DNA of 64,000 nt, taken from assembly GCA_041640595.1 (NCBI GenBank), contig JBEPZY010000001.1, positions 384,001 through 448,000 of the forward strand, read 5' to 3'. Made by a program: the position numbers and the translations under genes. Within the stretch, counting starts at the first letter, position 1; the number at the start of each line of letters is the position of its first letter. Source of the DNA: Gemmatales bacterium (GTDB taxonomy: Bacteria; Planctomycetota; Planctomycetia; Gemmatales; HRBIN36). Shown in pieces: positions 30,558-40,005 of this stretch. The notes under the pieces are model-generated. The model did not search any database, was not told the origin of the DNA, and saw nothing but the letters and a program-made list of their open reading frames with translations.

Positions 30558-31754
30558 TTAGTCTGACCGATGCTTCAAAGCCGTGTAAACCTGCGATGCC
30601 GCCTGCTTTAGCCGATTCAGAGTGTCTGTCCAATCCTTTCCTCGTGCAAGGATGGTCAGGATCGGGTACCTGCCCGGTATGAAGGCATCCTCATGTGGGA
30701 CATCAGCGATGGCAATATCCGAAAGCAAGCCAGCCGGTGTAAGTATGGGGCCTATCTCAGCAATGTACCGCAATCGGAACTGCAATGCGAAAGGTGCATA
30801 AAGAATAGCTTTGCCGACGCAGCACGAATCACCTCCTGTCATAAGCGGGGCTCGCTGACAGTTGAATTGTCTCAAAGGACTGGACTGTTCGTCTGCCATG
30901 AAGACCGCAGCATGGGCAGAAAACCAAGGCCAGGCCGACGCCAGTTCCAGCACTTCCAGGGAAGCTGGATAACGAGGATTGATCTCCACTAGCCACGGCG
31001 TTTCGTCCTGCAAAACGAAATCCACGCCGAACACCCCGCGCAGTCCGAAATAACTGGTCAATGTTTCGCCGAGACGACGTAATCGCTCGGCCAACGGCGC
31101 AGCGCATCGAAGCGGTCCGAGGTTTCCACACCACTGAAACTCACGAGCCTGTAACCACCGACAGCCCAGCAGTTGTCGCGTAGCTCCCAGCCAGAAGCAA
31201 CTTCGACCGTCCGCTAAAAACACTGACGATGCAGGCATCCCTGGGATATAACGCTGGTAGTAACGAACCTGGCCGCGGAGACGCTGACCATACCAACGCA
31301 TGACGCCGCTTTCCGTTTTAGCCAACCACGTGCCATCTCGGGGCAAGCCTTCGGGACTTCGAGACCACTCCGGAAAAGGTAAACCAGCCTGGATAGCAGC
31401 CCGGGCGAGTTGAGCCGGATCACGCACGGCTCGCGCTACGGTTGCGGGATTGGCCCAAAGTGGCCATGCTTCTTGTATCTCGGCTAATACCCGAATGTAA
31501 CGCTCTAGCCGACCCGTGTACAGAACTGGCGCTGCTCGTTCGGATTTTCGTAGCCACTGGATTAGGCCCTCTGGATATTGAGAACGCTGGATTCTGGTAA
31601 CTGGTGCCCAGGCCTGCAAGTCGCGGTCTGCGAACAAGTCAGCACACTGTGGATACCATCCGGCCCGGATGGCGGCAAAAGCTAGAGCCCGGACGCTGGC
31701 ACCAATCAGAAGGACTCGTTTATCGCTGCCATATTCGATCATGGAGCCGACCAA
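30558..31754 (-). CDS. ATP-grasp domain protein (COG2232-like)
   Basis: GASVRALA..A, DLFADRDL, GVFGVDF, EINPRYPAS, GKAILYAP, ADVP. Confidence 0.8.
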   Translation of the reverse strand: MVGSMIEYGSDKRVLLIGASVRALAFAAIRAGWYPQCADLFADRDLQAWAPVTRIQRSQYPEGLIQWLRKSERAAPVLYTGRLERYIRVLAEIQEAWPLWANPATVARAVRDPAQLARAAIQAGLPFPEWSRSPEGLPRDGTWLAKTESGVMRWYGQRLRGQVRYYQRYIPGMPASSVFLADGRSCFWLGATRQLLGCRWLQAREFQWCGNLGPLRCAAPLAERLRRLGETLTSYFGLRGVFGVDFVLQDETPWLVEINPRYPASLEVLELASAWPWFSAHAAVFMADEQSSPLRQFNCQRAPLMTGGDSCCVGKAILYAPFALQFRLRYIAEIGPILTPAGLLSDIAIADVPHEDAFIPGRYPILTILARGKDWTDTLNRLKQAASQVYTALKHRSD

Positions 31755-32280
31755 TGGTTCTTCGCCACCAAAAGCGGTTTAAGTGTTCTGCCCGTCGTTT
31801 TATCAACCGATGGAAACCGGTGGTCGCTGATGTTTTCGCTGAAAACTTTGGCCCTGGAAGAACGCCGGATTCTGCAAACAATGGCTCTTGCCTCAGCCCT
31901 TGTTCGGAGTCATTTGGTAAGTTGAAGGTATGTCGGAATAACGCATGGCAAAACCACCTCTGCTTGCGAACCAAATGATAAAGGGTCAATTTTCTCGACG
32001 GCTACGGTGATTTGTTTAGTCCTGGCGAAATTTTTATCGGGCACTTGACGGCCCAATTGCGGGTGGTTTGAATAACGTTGTCGCCCGTTCCACCGAGAGG
32101 CCAGCTGAACACCAACGGACTCAATCCCGGTTCGCCAGACTGAGCGATTCGGCTTGGGCGAAGAGCAGCCGCGCACGGATTTCGTCGGCACAACTCCGTT
32201 CACCCTCAGTTTACTGGGTTGGCCTCTTTGTGGACGGTGCCCGCTAGGATCACTCGCCAAACAGCAACTGGAGGTGTCCC

Positions 32281-33789
32281 GTGACCACGGCGAATCCGAA
32301 CTGGGTCGGGCACGAACTGGGTGGACGTTATAAGGTGCGTAAACTGCTGGCTAAAGGCGGTATGAGTCTGGTGTACCTTGCGTTTGACCCGAAGGTCGGA
32401 AGAGAGGTGGCGATCAAGACTCCCAGACCCAACTTATTGTACAGCGACGAGTTTCGCAAACGCTTCGACCGTGAGATTCGTGCCTTGCAAGCTCTAACCC
32501 ATCCGAACCTGGTGGACATCTTTGATCTGGGCGAGCATGAGGGGATGCCTTATGCAGTGCTTCGGTATCTACGTGGTGGAACGCTGCGACAGCGAATCAA
32601 TTCGAACCAAGCCAATTCCAATTTGCCACTGCTGACCAGTCCGGATTCCGTTCTCGTCTGGCTGCCGGCGATTGCTGATGCTCTTGATTACCTGCACAAC
32701 CATAACTACCTGCATCGAGACGTCAAACCTGAAAACATCCTTTTTGACCAGGATGATCACCCGTATCTGAGCGACTTCGGGACAATAAAAGTGCTGTATG
32801 ATATGCAGCTTAGCTCTGAGCCAGATAGTTGTCTGACTGAACTCGGACAGGCGATCGGCACGCTGCCGTATATGCCGTATGAGGTGCTAACCAGGGGCCA
32901 GTTGTCGAGGCAGGTTGACCAGTATGCACTGGCGGTAACTGTATATGAGGTGTTGTCGCGCAAATTGCCGTATCAAGGAAGAAATCCCGCCGAACTGGTT
33001 TTGCAGCAGCAGAACGGCCCGCCGGAACGACTGGATCGCTGCGCGGGGGTTGACCCATTAGTGGCGGATGTGGTCGAAAAAGCACTATCGCTTGACCCAG
33101 GACAACGCTTTGGGTCATGCCGGGACTTTGCGGCAGCTTATGCGAACGCCTTGAAATGTCGGGTATCGTTTGCGGATTTTTCGTCTCAGTCTCCTGGAAC
33201 CCGCAATAATGCGGAAGATCAACCACTTACCGTTATGGAACCGCCTCGGCCTGTTATTGCCCTACCATCTTCGCAGGAAAGACACACTCCGGTTTCGCCT
33301 GCAACACCTCAGTACATCAGGCTGACCGATACCTCTCCGGACAATCAGGAGCCGCCAAGTTCGGTACCACCTGCCGCTAATTTGCGTTCTACTAATTCCC
33401 CTCCTCCGCCTCCGGCAAGTAAATCAGCTGACGTTTACCCAACCGGTACTTGCTTGCCCGAAGCCACAGACAAATCGCGCTCGAGCAGTCCAGGTGCGCC
33501 GTTTTCATTGCCTGGTAATGTTGCGGGTATATCTAGCGGCCACGGTTCGCATCGTTCCTTGATTTGCCCGATATGTCACATGCGGTTTGAACCTCTTTCG
33601 GATAGCAGCTTCGTGCTGTGTCCATATTGCCGAGTGCCTGTGCTGGTGGGTTCCCAGCCTGCACGACCAATTCTTCTCCGCCGGGCACGAAGGCAGGACG
33701 CTCTTCTAATCACTTCTTTGCTGATTTTGAGCCTGTGTGGAATTGTTGGGTTGCTGATCCTGATGTTCTTGGTACTTAGGGTGTATTAG
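32281..33789 (+). CDS. Hanks-type Ser/Thr protein kinase with Pro-rich linker, zinc ribbon and C-terminal TM
   Basis: GGMSLVY, VAIK, HRDVKPENIL, DFG; CPIC/CPYC; C-terminal hydrophobic helix. Confidence 0.93.
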   Translation: MTTANPNWVGHELGGRYKVRKLLAKGGMSLVYLAFDPKVGREVAIKTPRPNLLYSDEFRKRFDREIRALQALTHPNLVDIFDLGEHEGMPYAVLRYLRGGTLRQRINSNQANSNLPLLTSPDSVLVWLPAIADALDYLHNHNYLHRDVKPENILFDQDDHPYLSDFGTIKVLYDMQLSSEPDSCLTELGQAIGTLPYMPYEVLTRGQLSRQVDQYALAVTVYEVLSRKLPYQGRNPAELVLQQQNGPPERLDRCAGVDPLVADVVEKALSLDPGQRFGSCRDFAAAYANALKCRVSFADFSSQSPGTRNNAEDQPLTVMEPPRPVIALPSSQERHTPVSPATPQYIRLTDTSPDNQEPPSSVPPAANLRSTNSPPPPPASKSADVYPTGTCLPEATDKSRSSSPGAPFSLPGNVAGISSGHGSHRSLICPICHMRFEPLSDSSFVLCPYCRVPVLVGSQPARPILLRRARRQDALLITSLLILSLCGIVGLLILMFLVLRVY

Positions 33790-34181
33790 TCCGCGGTACG
33801 TTGGTGCGCTGCTTCAACTGGACTTGCGATTATTCTTGTATAATTTTTCCGATGCCCTCTTGCCACGGACATGAGCATTGCTAAAATCAACCGACGGAAA
33901 TCGCCGTATCGAATTAACCGAGAGGCACATGCAACTGCAAAGACCCACGAATAGAAACCGTGCGATTTGCTGGGCCTCAGGTTTCACCTGAGTTGCCGCT
34001 TGTTGAACGGCGTGCCCGTAGTTTAGTTGCTCAACGACCGCCCTGAAAGGTGTCCTAATCGGGCGTGGATTGCGCTTCTAGGCCGCCCCTTGAACGGGCG
34101 ACAGTAATCCGGCGGAACATGAATCCAATTACTTTCTAGCTTGAAATCACAATCTCACCACAAGAAGAGGAGGACCTAGCA

Positions 34182-34781
34182 ATGATGCGATATGCTTTCG
34201 TGGCATTTCTGCTGACGGGATTGCTAACACTCGCCGAGGCTGGGCAATTCAACAAAAAGCTCAACATCGGCGACCCTTGTCCAACTTTCAAGGACTTGGA
34301 GGGCGTGGATGGAAAGAAGTATTCACTGGACGACTTCAAGGACAAAGATGTCCTGGTGATAGTGATCACCTGCAACCACTGCCCCATAGCGCAGGCTTAC
34401 GAAGATCGCATTATTCAGTTCACCAAGAAGTGGGCCAGCGGGCCGGATAGCAAAGTGGCTGTGGTGGCCATTAACGTCAATAATCTCGAGGCGGACAAGT
34501 TGCCGGCTATGAAAATCCGTGCCCGCGAAAAAGGCTTCAATTTCCCCTATTTGTACGATCCGTCGCAACAAATTGGCCGATCTCTCGGCGCAACGGTAAC
34601 ACCCGAATTCTTCGTCTTCAATAAAGCACGCAAGCTGGTGTACATGGGGGCTATGGACGATAGCAACAGTAACCCGAAAGTCAATTACCTGGAAGCCGCC
34701 GTCGAAGCTGCCTTGAAAGGTGGAACGCCGGCGGTTAAGGAGACTCGGGCTCGTGGCTGTACGGTGAAGTACGATAACTAG
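34182..34781 (+). CDS. Secreted thioredoxin-fold protein (AhpC/TSA, PRX-like)
   Basis: Signal peptide, CNHCP, FPYLYD, TPEFFVF, GCTVK; GAGGAGG RBS. Confidence 0.92.
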   Translation: MMRYAFVAFLLTGLLTLAEAGQFNKKLNIGDPCPTFKDLEGVDGKKYSLDDFKDKDVLVIVITCNHCPIAQAYEDRIIQFTKKWASGPDSKVAVVAINVNNLEADKLPAMKIRAREKGFNFPYLYDPSQQIGRSLGATVTPEFFVFNKARKLVYMGAMDDSNSNPKVNYLEAAVEAALKGGTPAVKETRARGCTVKYDN

Positions 34782-34847
34782 CCGCCCGGGTTACTGCGAA
34801 ATAAGTCACCTGCCCAACTCTATACAAGCATGACGCTCTGTCGCCCC

Positions 34848-34879
34848 AGGGGCACATCACGAGTGCCCCTGTTTATTTT
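34848..34879 (+). terminator. Intrinsic terminator between convergent genes
   Basis: AGGGGCAC-7 nt-GTGCCCCT then GTTTATTTT. Confidence 0.6.
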
Positions 34880-35526
34880 GTACCCGCTTTTTGTGGACCG
34901 CTTACTGGTGGTGCCACAGGCTGCCAGATTTCGCCGTGGGTACGGCTCAGCCAGCTCCAGCAACGTTGCAAACTTTCTACAGGCAGACCGATCACATTGC
35001 TTACACTGCCTTCGAGCACGGTTAGGAATGGGTCGTTTTGTTCCTGGATTGCATAAGCACCTGATTTACCCTCCCATTGTCCGCTGTCGAGATAGTTCTC
35101 CAGCTCGGTGTCGGAAAGTTGTCGCATGAAAAGTCGGCTTTTCTCCTGCCACATGATTTGCCAGTTCTCGGGACAGAACCAGAGGCAGACGCCGGTCCAG
35201 AGTTCATGTTCCGTATTGCTGAGTCGGCGTAAAATCCGTCGGGCATCGTCGCGGTCGCGGGGTTTGCCGATAACTTCGCCGGCGTGCCAGCCGACAGAGT
35301 CCGCAGCCAGCACGACGCCGTAGCTGACGCGAGATGCTACCGCAGCTGCTTTCTGCCACGCCAGGTCGGCGACGAAGCGTCGGATATCCGTAACGTCGGT
35401 GCCGTCGGGTTCCTCAATGTTAGGCGGGATGACCTCGAATTGAAACCCTGCCCGCTCTAAAAGCTCCCGTCGAGCCGGGGAGCTGCTTGCCAGAATCAAG
35501 GGACGTGGCCACTGACCGCTTTGCAT
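34873..35526 (-). CDS. maf: Maf-family nucleoside triphosphate pyrophosphatase
   Basis: LILASSSPARRELL, GKP, KSGAYAIQ, NVIGLP. Confidence 0.95.
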   Translation of the reverse strand: MQSGQWPRPLILASSSPARRELLERAGFQFEVIPPNIEEPDGTDVTDIRRFVADLAWQKAAAVASRVSYGVVLAADSVGWHAGEVIGKPRDRDDARRILRRLSNTEHELWTGVCLWFCPENWQIMWQEKSRLFMRQLSDTELENYLDSGQWEGKSGAYAIQEQNDPFLTVLEGSVSNVIGLPVESLQRCWSWLSRTHGEIWQPVAPPVSGPQKAGTK

Positions 35527-35861
35527 GGGTTAGCCCCGTTACTATGTTGGACAGTCGTGTGCGTTTGTGGGCATTATTGTTAGCCATACCGGCGTACGAC
35601 GCAAGGGTAGCAGCCAAACAAACCGTTTCATTACTGGAGAAAGCGTGGTCAATACTTTGTACAATCTGATGTGTCGAACAACTGCCCGCGGTAAGTGATG
35701 CTCGCCCAGGCAGCAGACAAAAGCGGCAATTCTCTGGCTTTTGCCGGATACTTCTTTCGCACTCATGGACGCTGAGCACTTCGGGAGCAAATCGCCACGA
35801 GCATTCGTCCCACTGGTACGGTCATCATTGCGGGGCTCGATCTCGATTACGGTTTCGGGCT

Positions 35862-38800
35862 ATGGAAGCTAACCAGGTCGACAGAAGGACAATTTGGCAA
35901 ACCCGCCTTCGGGCAATTGAACCAGCTGCGCTCCTCGTGGATGCTCTATTGTTGCGGCGAGTGGCGAGGACGGCCCAGGCGGTTTCCATGTTCTCCGGGC
36001 GCGTGCCCCACAGTACTGTGCTGGTTCTTTCCAGGGAGCGTTTGCTCGACCTGACCACCGAAGTTGAACTGGGGGTTCAAAACTCTGGCGAATTGCCGGA
36101 GCAGGTGGCTTTGCTGGCCTGGCCGGGAGATGAGTACGAAGAAAGCGTGGTCGCCCGCACAATCGCCGGACGGTTGCTACATGCGTGGACACATCTGCGT
36201 TGGCTATCGTTGCCCGGGCTGCCTCAATGTCTGCGTCAGCGATTGTGGCAGCTTGGTCAATCCGAATGGGAAGAAATCCTCGCCGTGGCCGCGCAGGATC
36301 GCTGGCTGGCGAGGCGTGTATCCGAGGAGGAGTTGGTCTATCGTGAATTCGTGGCATACTGGTGGGAGCTTCGTCTGGTCTATCCCGAGCGGTTACCGAT
36401 CTGGTTTCCGACATTGGCCCGTCAAATCGAACGAATTGATAACGTCGTGTCGCAGGATATAGATGGCCGGCCTTGGCGAGAACGTCTCTGCCTGGCCGGT
36501 CTGCTTCCGAACAGTCAGGACGAATCCCATTCCGGACATGCAGCAGTGGTTTCAGTCCAGCAAGAGTTGCAGGAGCCTCATTCTGCGTCGCGGCAGGAAA
36601 CCGTCCGCATGGATTTTGAGTTACCGGCGCAGACTGAGGATACTCTTCCAGCCTTAGCCGTTCCGGACGAACCGACCAACGGGGCCAGTCGGCACTGGAA
36701 CAAAATCGCACGGTTGGTGCAACGAGGCAATTTCGTGCGAGCCGCTCGTTTGTGCTGGCTTTACGCTCAGCAAGCGGAACCTGCAAACCGTACCTGGTGG
36801 CAGCAACAAGCACGATGCCTAATCGGCCAGCTTGCAGAGCAGCTTACTAACTCCCTGAGTTCAGACGGGAATGATGCAGAACATTTCGCCGCCATAAAAA
36901 ACGCCTGGCACGAAGCACTCTGGCCTTTGCTCGCTCCGGCGACTTCAGGATTGTTTACCCAGGAGGCAAGACTGCTTTACGATCTGCAGCGCGTTTGTGA
37001 AGATGCTCGGCGGGGACTTTATGTTGTGGATGTGGCTGGCTGGTTACGCACTTGGGGACAGCTCGCCTGGCGCAGGGAACAGCCGTTTTTGCAACAATTT
37101 CTAATCTTGCGACACTTGCGAGCTGCGCTTCGCCGTGTTCCGCTATGCTCGCTTTCGGAAGAGGCTCGCCAATCGCTAAGCTATCTGCTCGAATCCGCTG
37201 TTGAGCAACAAGAGAAACGTTTGCGCAATGCGGTTGCGATTCCGATTCGCCAGGTGCTTGAAGAAGTCGGACTGATCCCCCACAACCTGGCAGAGCAAAT
37301 CGAGCAGGAACGTGTCGTTCAAACTCTCGCTGACCGCATTGTGGAAACCGGACACCTGAACATCGGACAGCTACGCGATGCCATCTCCGCTAATCAACTA
37401 AAACTCCGGGACCTCCAGGGTCTCGGCGAGTGGTGGAATGGAGACCAACTGCTGGCCGCGGACAAGAAGTTATCACTAAGACTTGACGGAGTATATCGCC
37501 GGGGTGAAGTTTATTTGCGCTGGTTCCAGCGACTAAGTTCCATCTTTTTTGGCACTTGCCTTGGACGCTGGTTCAGCTTATTTGTTGCCTTACCTTTTGG
37601 CGGAGCTTACTTGGTTTTGGCAGGACTTGATCACATTCTTCTGCATCCCTTAGGGCACTGGTTGGGAGTGGAGATTAGCTTTTCGGGATTGTGGGGTATA
37701 ACGTTATTCGGTCTATTTCTGCTTGGCGTTATCAATTTTCCCCAATTTCGGGAGCACGTAAAACGGGTACTGCGAGGGATTGGTAGTGTCCTGCGCGTGT
37801 TATTCTGGGATATTCCGCGGTGGCTCATGAGCTGGCGGATTTTATGGTATCTGTGGCATTGGTCTGGCTTCGTTTTCTTCAGGAGATATTTGTTTTTGCC
37901 ACTCCTTCTGGGATTAGCCACTTACGGTTATTGTTCGACACTAAATACCAGTAGGTTCTGGTCAGTAACATCGGTAACGGTTGCGTCAGTTAGTGGGTTG
38001 GCGCTTACGGCAACACGCGAGGGCCGTATCCTTTTAGCGACACTTGCCGATTATTTCGCTTGGACCTTACGCTATCTGAGCATAGAATGGATAGTCCTGA
38101 GTTTCAACTGGATTGTGGAGTTATTCCGCAGCTTAGTTAACTCGCTTGAGCAGGTGCACTATCGTATGGATGAGTGGTTGCGCTACCGGGGAGGTCAAAA
38201 CAGGTTCCAGCTTGCAGTAAAAGCCGTGCTCTCCTTATTTTGGTCGGTTATTGCCTATATCCTGCGGTTCACGGTGTACCTGCTCATCGAGCCACAAATC
38301 AATCCCATTAAACACTTCCCGGTAGTTACAGTGTCGCACAAACTGTTACTGGCAACGATTCCGTTTTTCCGCGACGTAGTGCTCTTGATTACCGGTATGG
38401 AGCCTACACCTGCGAACCAGGCTAAAGCAGTGGCCCTGGTCACTTCGGTGATCTGGGCGATTCCTGGTATCTTCGGTTTTCTCGCTTGGGAGTTGAAAGA
38501 GAACTGGCGACTATATGTAGCCAACCGGGCCAAAAGATTATTACCCTTGCGTATAGGCAGTCACGGGGAAACTATCCCTCAGCTTTTGCGTCCCGGGGCC
38601 CATTTTGGTACACTTCGCAAACTATTTCGCCGCTGGCGACGCTGCTATTCTGATGCTGCTCAAGTCCCGCCATTACTAACAACACGGCGCATTGAAGATC
38701 AAATGCATCATATTGCCAGGGCCATTGAGTCCTTCTTTCACCGGAATTTCATCTTTTTGCTCAATCGCGTTCCTGCCTGGAGCGGTTCTCTTCCAGAGGT

Positions 38801-39599
38801 GGCTGAGGTGCGACTCGGTGTTAGCACCATTCAAGTAGTATTGCGTTGTGAGCACGTTTCCTCTAAGCAGAAAGAAGTTGAAACGGAGGACAATTCTGCT
38901 GTCGTTACTTTTAGTCTCCAGGGGGGCTGGATTGTTGCCCGCTGGGAGAAGTCTGGTTGGCTAGCCCAGTTAAGCTCTGAACAGACAGAAATCCTGTGTA
39001 AAGCTCTGGTCGGCTTATATCACTGGGGAGGCGTCGAGGTTGTTGCCGAACAACTCGATAATCTCGTAGCCTCTATAGAAAATCTTGCTCGAAATCGAGT
39101 GGCCATCCAAATAGTAGCCCAGGAAGCTAAAGTTGATGACTCTGCTATCACATCGTCAGCGCCGGCCTTTCAACCGAAATTAGCTGAGAGTGCAGACGAT
39201 CTAATCATCCTACCGACTGGCAAAAATACGCCCATTCAATCTAGAGTCGCGTATGTTGCAGAAGGAGAGAAAAATTTGTGCTTAGCCTGGTGGCTGGCCT
39301 GGCGGGGACTGCATCTGTATAACATGGCCAGTCCGGGGCAGGGGGTTTTTTACAGGTGGCAGGATCAAAATACGATTAAGCCAAAGAGAACCAATCGCTG
39401 GTTCGAGCCGGGACAGAGCGTCTGGCTCAGCCGGCTGCATTCAAGTGATCGGCCAGGGGAAAATAACGTCCCCTGGCCCGTGCTTAGCCCCCAGCATATC
39501 TGGTTCGCCGCATTTCCACTTTCATGGGATGAGTGGTCTGCCTGGTGGAGTAGGTACAATTGTCACGAGTCTCAGGAGCAACCCAATCCGTTCGGCTAA
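35862..39599 (+). CDS. Large hypothetical polytopic membrane protein (1245 aa)
   Basis: Long helical N-terminal half, several TM segments, EPQINPIKHFPVVTVSHK motif. Confidence 0.8.
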   Translation: MEANQVDRRTIWQTRLRAIEPAALLVDALLLRRVARTAQAVSMFSGRVPHSTVLVLSRERLLDLTTEVELGVQNSGELPEQVALLAWPGDEYEESVVARTIAGRLLHAWTHLRWLSLPGLPQCLRQRLWQLGQSEWEEILAVAAQDRWLARRVSEEELVYREFVAYWWELRLVYPERLPIWFPTLARQIERIDNVVSQDIDGRPWRERLCLAGLLPNSQDESHSGHAAVVSVQQELQEPHSASRQETVRMDFELPAQTEDTLPALAVPDEPTNGASRHWNKIARLVQRGNFVRAARLCWLYAQQAEPANRTWWQQQARCLIGQLAEQLTNSLSSDGNDAEHFAAIKNAWHEALWPLLAPATSGLFTQEARLLYDLQRVCEDARRGLYVVDVAGWLRTWGQLAWRREQPFLQQFLILRHLRAALRRVPLCSLSEEARQSLSYLLESAVEQQEKRLRNAVAIPIRQVLEEVGLIPHNLAEQIEQERVVQTLADRIVETGHLNIGQLRDAISANQLKLRDLQGLGEWWNGDQLLAADKKLSLRLDGVYRRGEVYLRWFQRLSSIFFGTCLGRWFSLFVALPFGGAYLVLAGLDHILLHPLGHWLGVEISFSGLWGITLFGLFLLGVINFPQFREHVKRVLRGIGSVLRVLFWDIPRWLMSWRILWYLWHWSGFVFFRRYLFLPLLLGLATYGYCSTLNTSRFWSVTSVTVASVSGLALTATREGRILLATLADYFAWTLRYLSIEWIVLSFNWIVELFRSLVNSLEQVHYRMDEWLRYRGGQNRFQLAVKAVLSLFWSVIAYILRFTVYLLIEPQINPIKHFPVVTVSHKLLLATIPFFRDVVLLITGMEPTPANQAKAVALVTSVIWAIPGIFGFLAWELKENWRLYVANRAKRLLPLRIGSHGETIPQLLRPGAHFGTLRKLFRRWRRCYSDAAQVPPLLTTRRIEDQMHHIARAIESFFHRNFIFLLNRVPAWSGSLPEVAEVRLGVSTIQVVLRCEHVSSKQKEVETEDNSAVVTFSLQGGWIVARWEKSGWLAQLSSEQTEILCKALVGLYHWGGVEVVAEQLDNLVASIENLARNRVAIQIVAQEAKVDDSAITSSAPAFQPKLAESADDLIILPTGKNTPIQSRVAYVAEGEKNLCLAWWLAWRGLHLYNMASPGQGVFYRWQDQNTIKPKRTNRWFEPGQSVWLSRLHSSDRPGENNVPWPVLSPQHIWFAAFPLSWDEWSAWWSRYNCHESQEQPNPFG

Positions 39600-39681
39600 T
39601 ACCTGTTTGACTTAGCCCACTGCATTGTGATGGCGATTAGTATGCTTTCAACTTGCCTCGAAATCTGTCGGATACCTATAA

Positions 39682-39945
39682 TCAAGCCGTGCGTTTGATG
39701 TAATGAATATAGACACGTTTCTGATTAGTATCAGTGGTTTCTTCTTGTTTCACGAGTTCGATGTTTTTTGCTGTCTGAGCCCACCCCTTGAAGTCGTTCA
39801 CAGAACCGGGATCAGTAGCGATGACCTTTAATGTCTGTCCAACTTGCAGTTGGTTTATCTCCTGACGAGCGCGAATGATGGGTATCGGGCATTGAGCACC
39901 CCGTACATCCAGTTCACGGTCAGCATGAATAGTGCTTTCTTGCAT
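39682..39945 (-). CDS. tusA: TusA-family sulfur carrier
   Basis: LDVRGAQCPIP and ATDPGS..DF..W. Confidence 0.92.
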   Translation of the reverse strand: MQESTIHADRELDVRGAQCPIPIIRARQEINQLQVGQTLKVIATDPGSVNDFKGWAQTAKNIELVKQEETTDTNQKRVYIHYIKRTA

Positions 39946-40005
39946 GGCATTCCTCCTTTTGTCTTCGTCTTGACTGATTTAGGTTCTGATAGTTAGTGAT
40001 TGCGA

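Noticed and set aside
30277..30633. 118-aa minus-strand ORF between the rluA-family gene and the ATP-grasp gene
   Set aside because: Overlaps the neighbouring gene and has no motifs or clear RBS; cannot be supported
31742..31751. 10-bp match (TGGAGCCGAC) to the tRNA-Ala 3' end as a possible att site
   Set aside because: Too short, no integrase, and the intervening genes include ordinary ones such as maf
35869..36813. 314-aa minus-strand ORF
   Set aside because: Antisense to the 1245-aa gene; Arg/Pro/Ala-rich, typical of an off-frame translation
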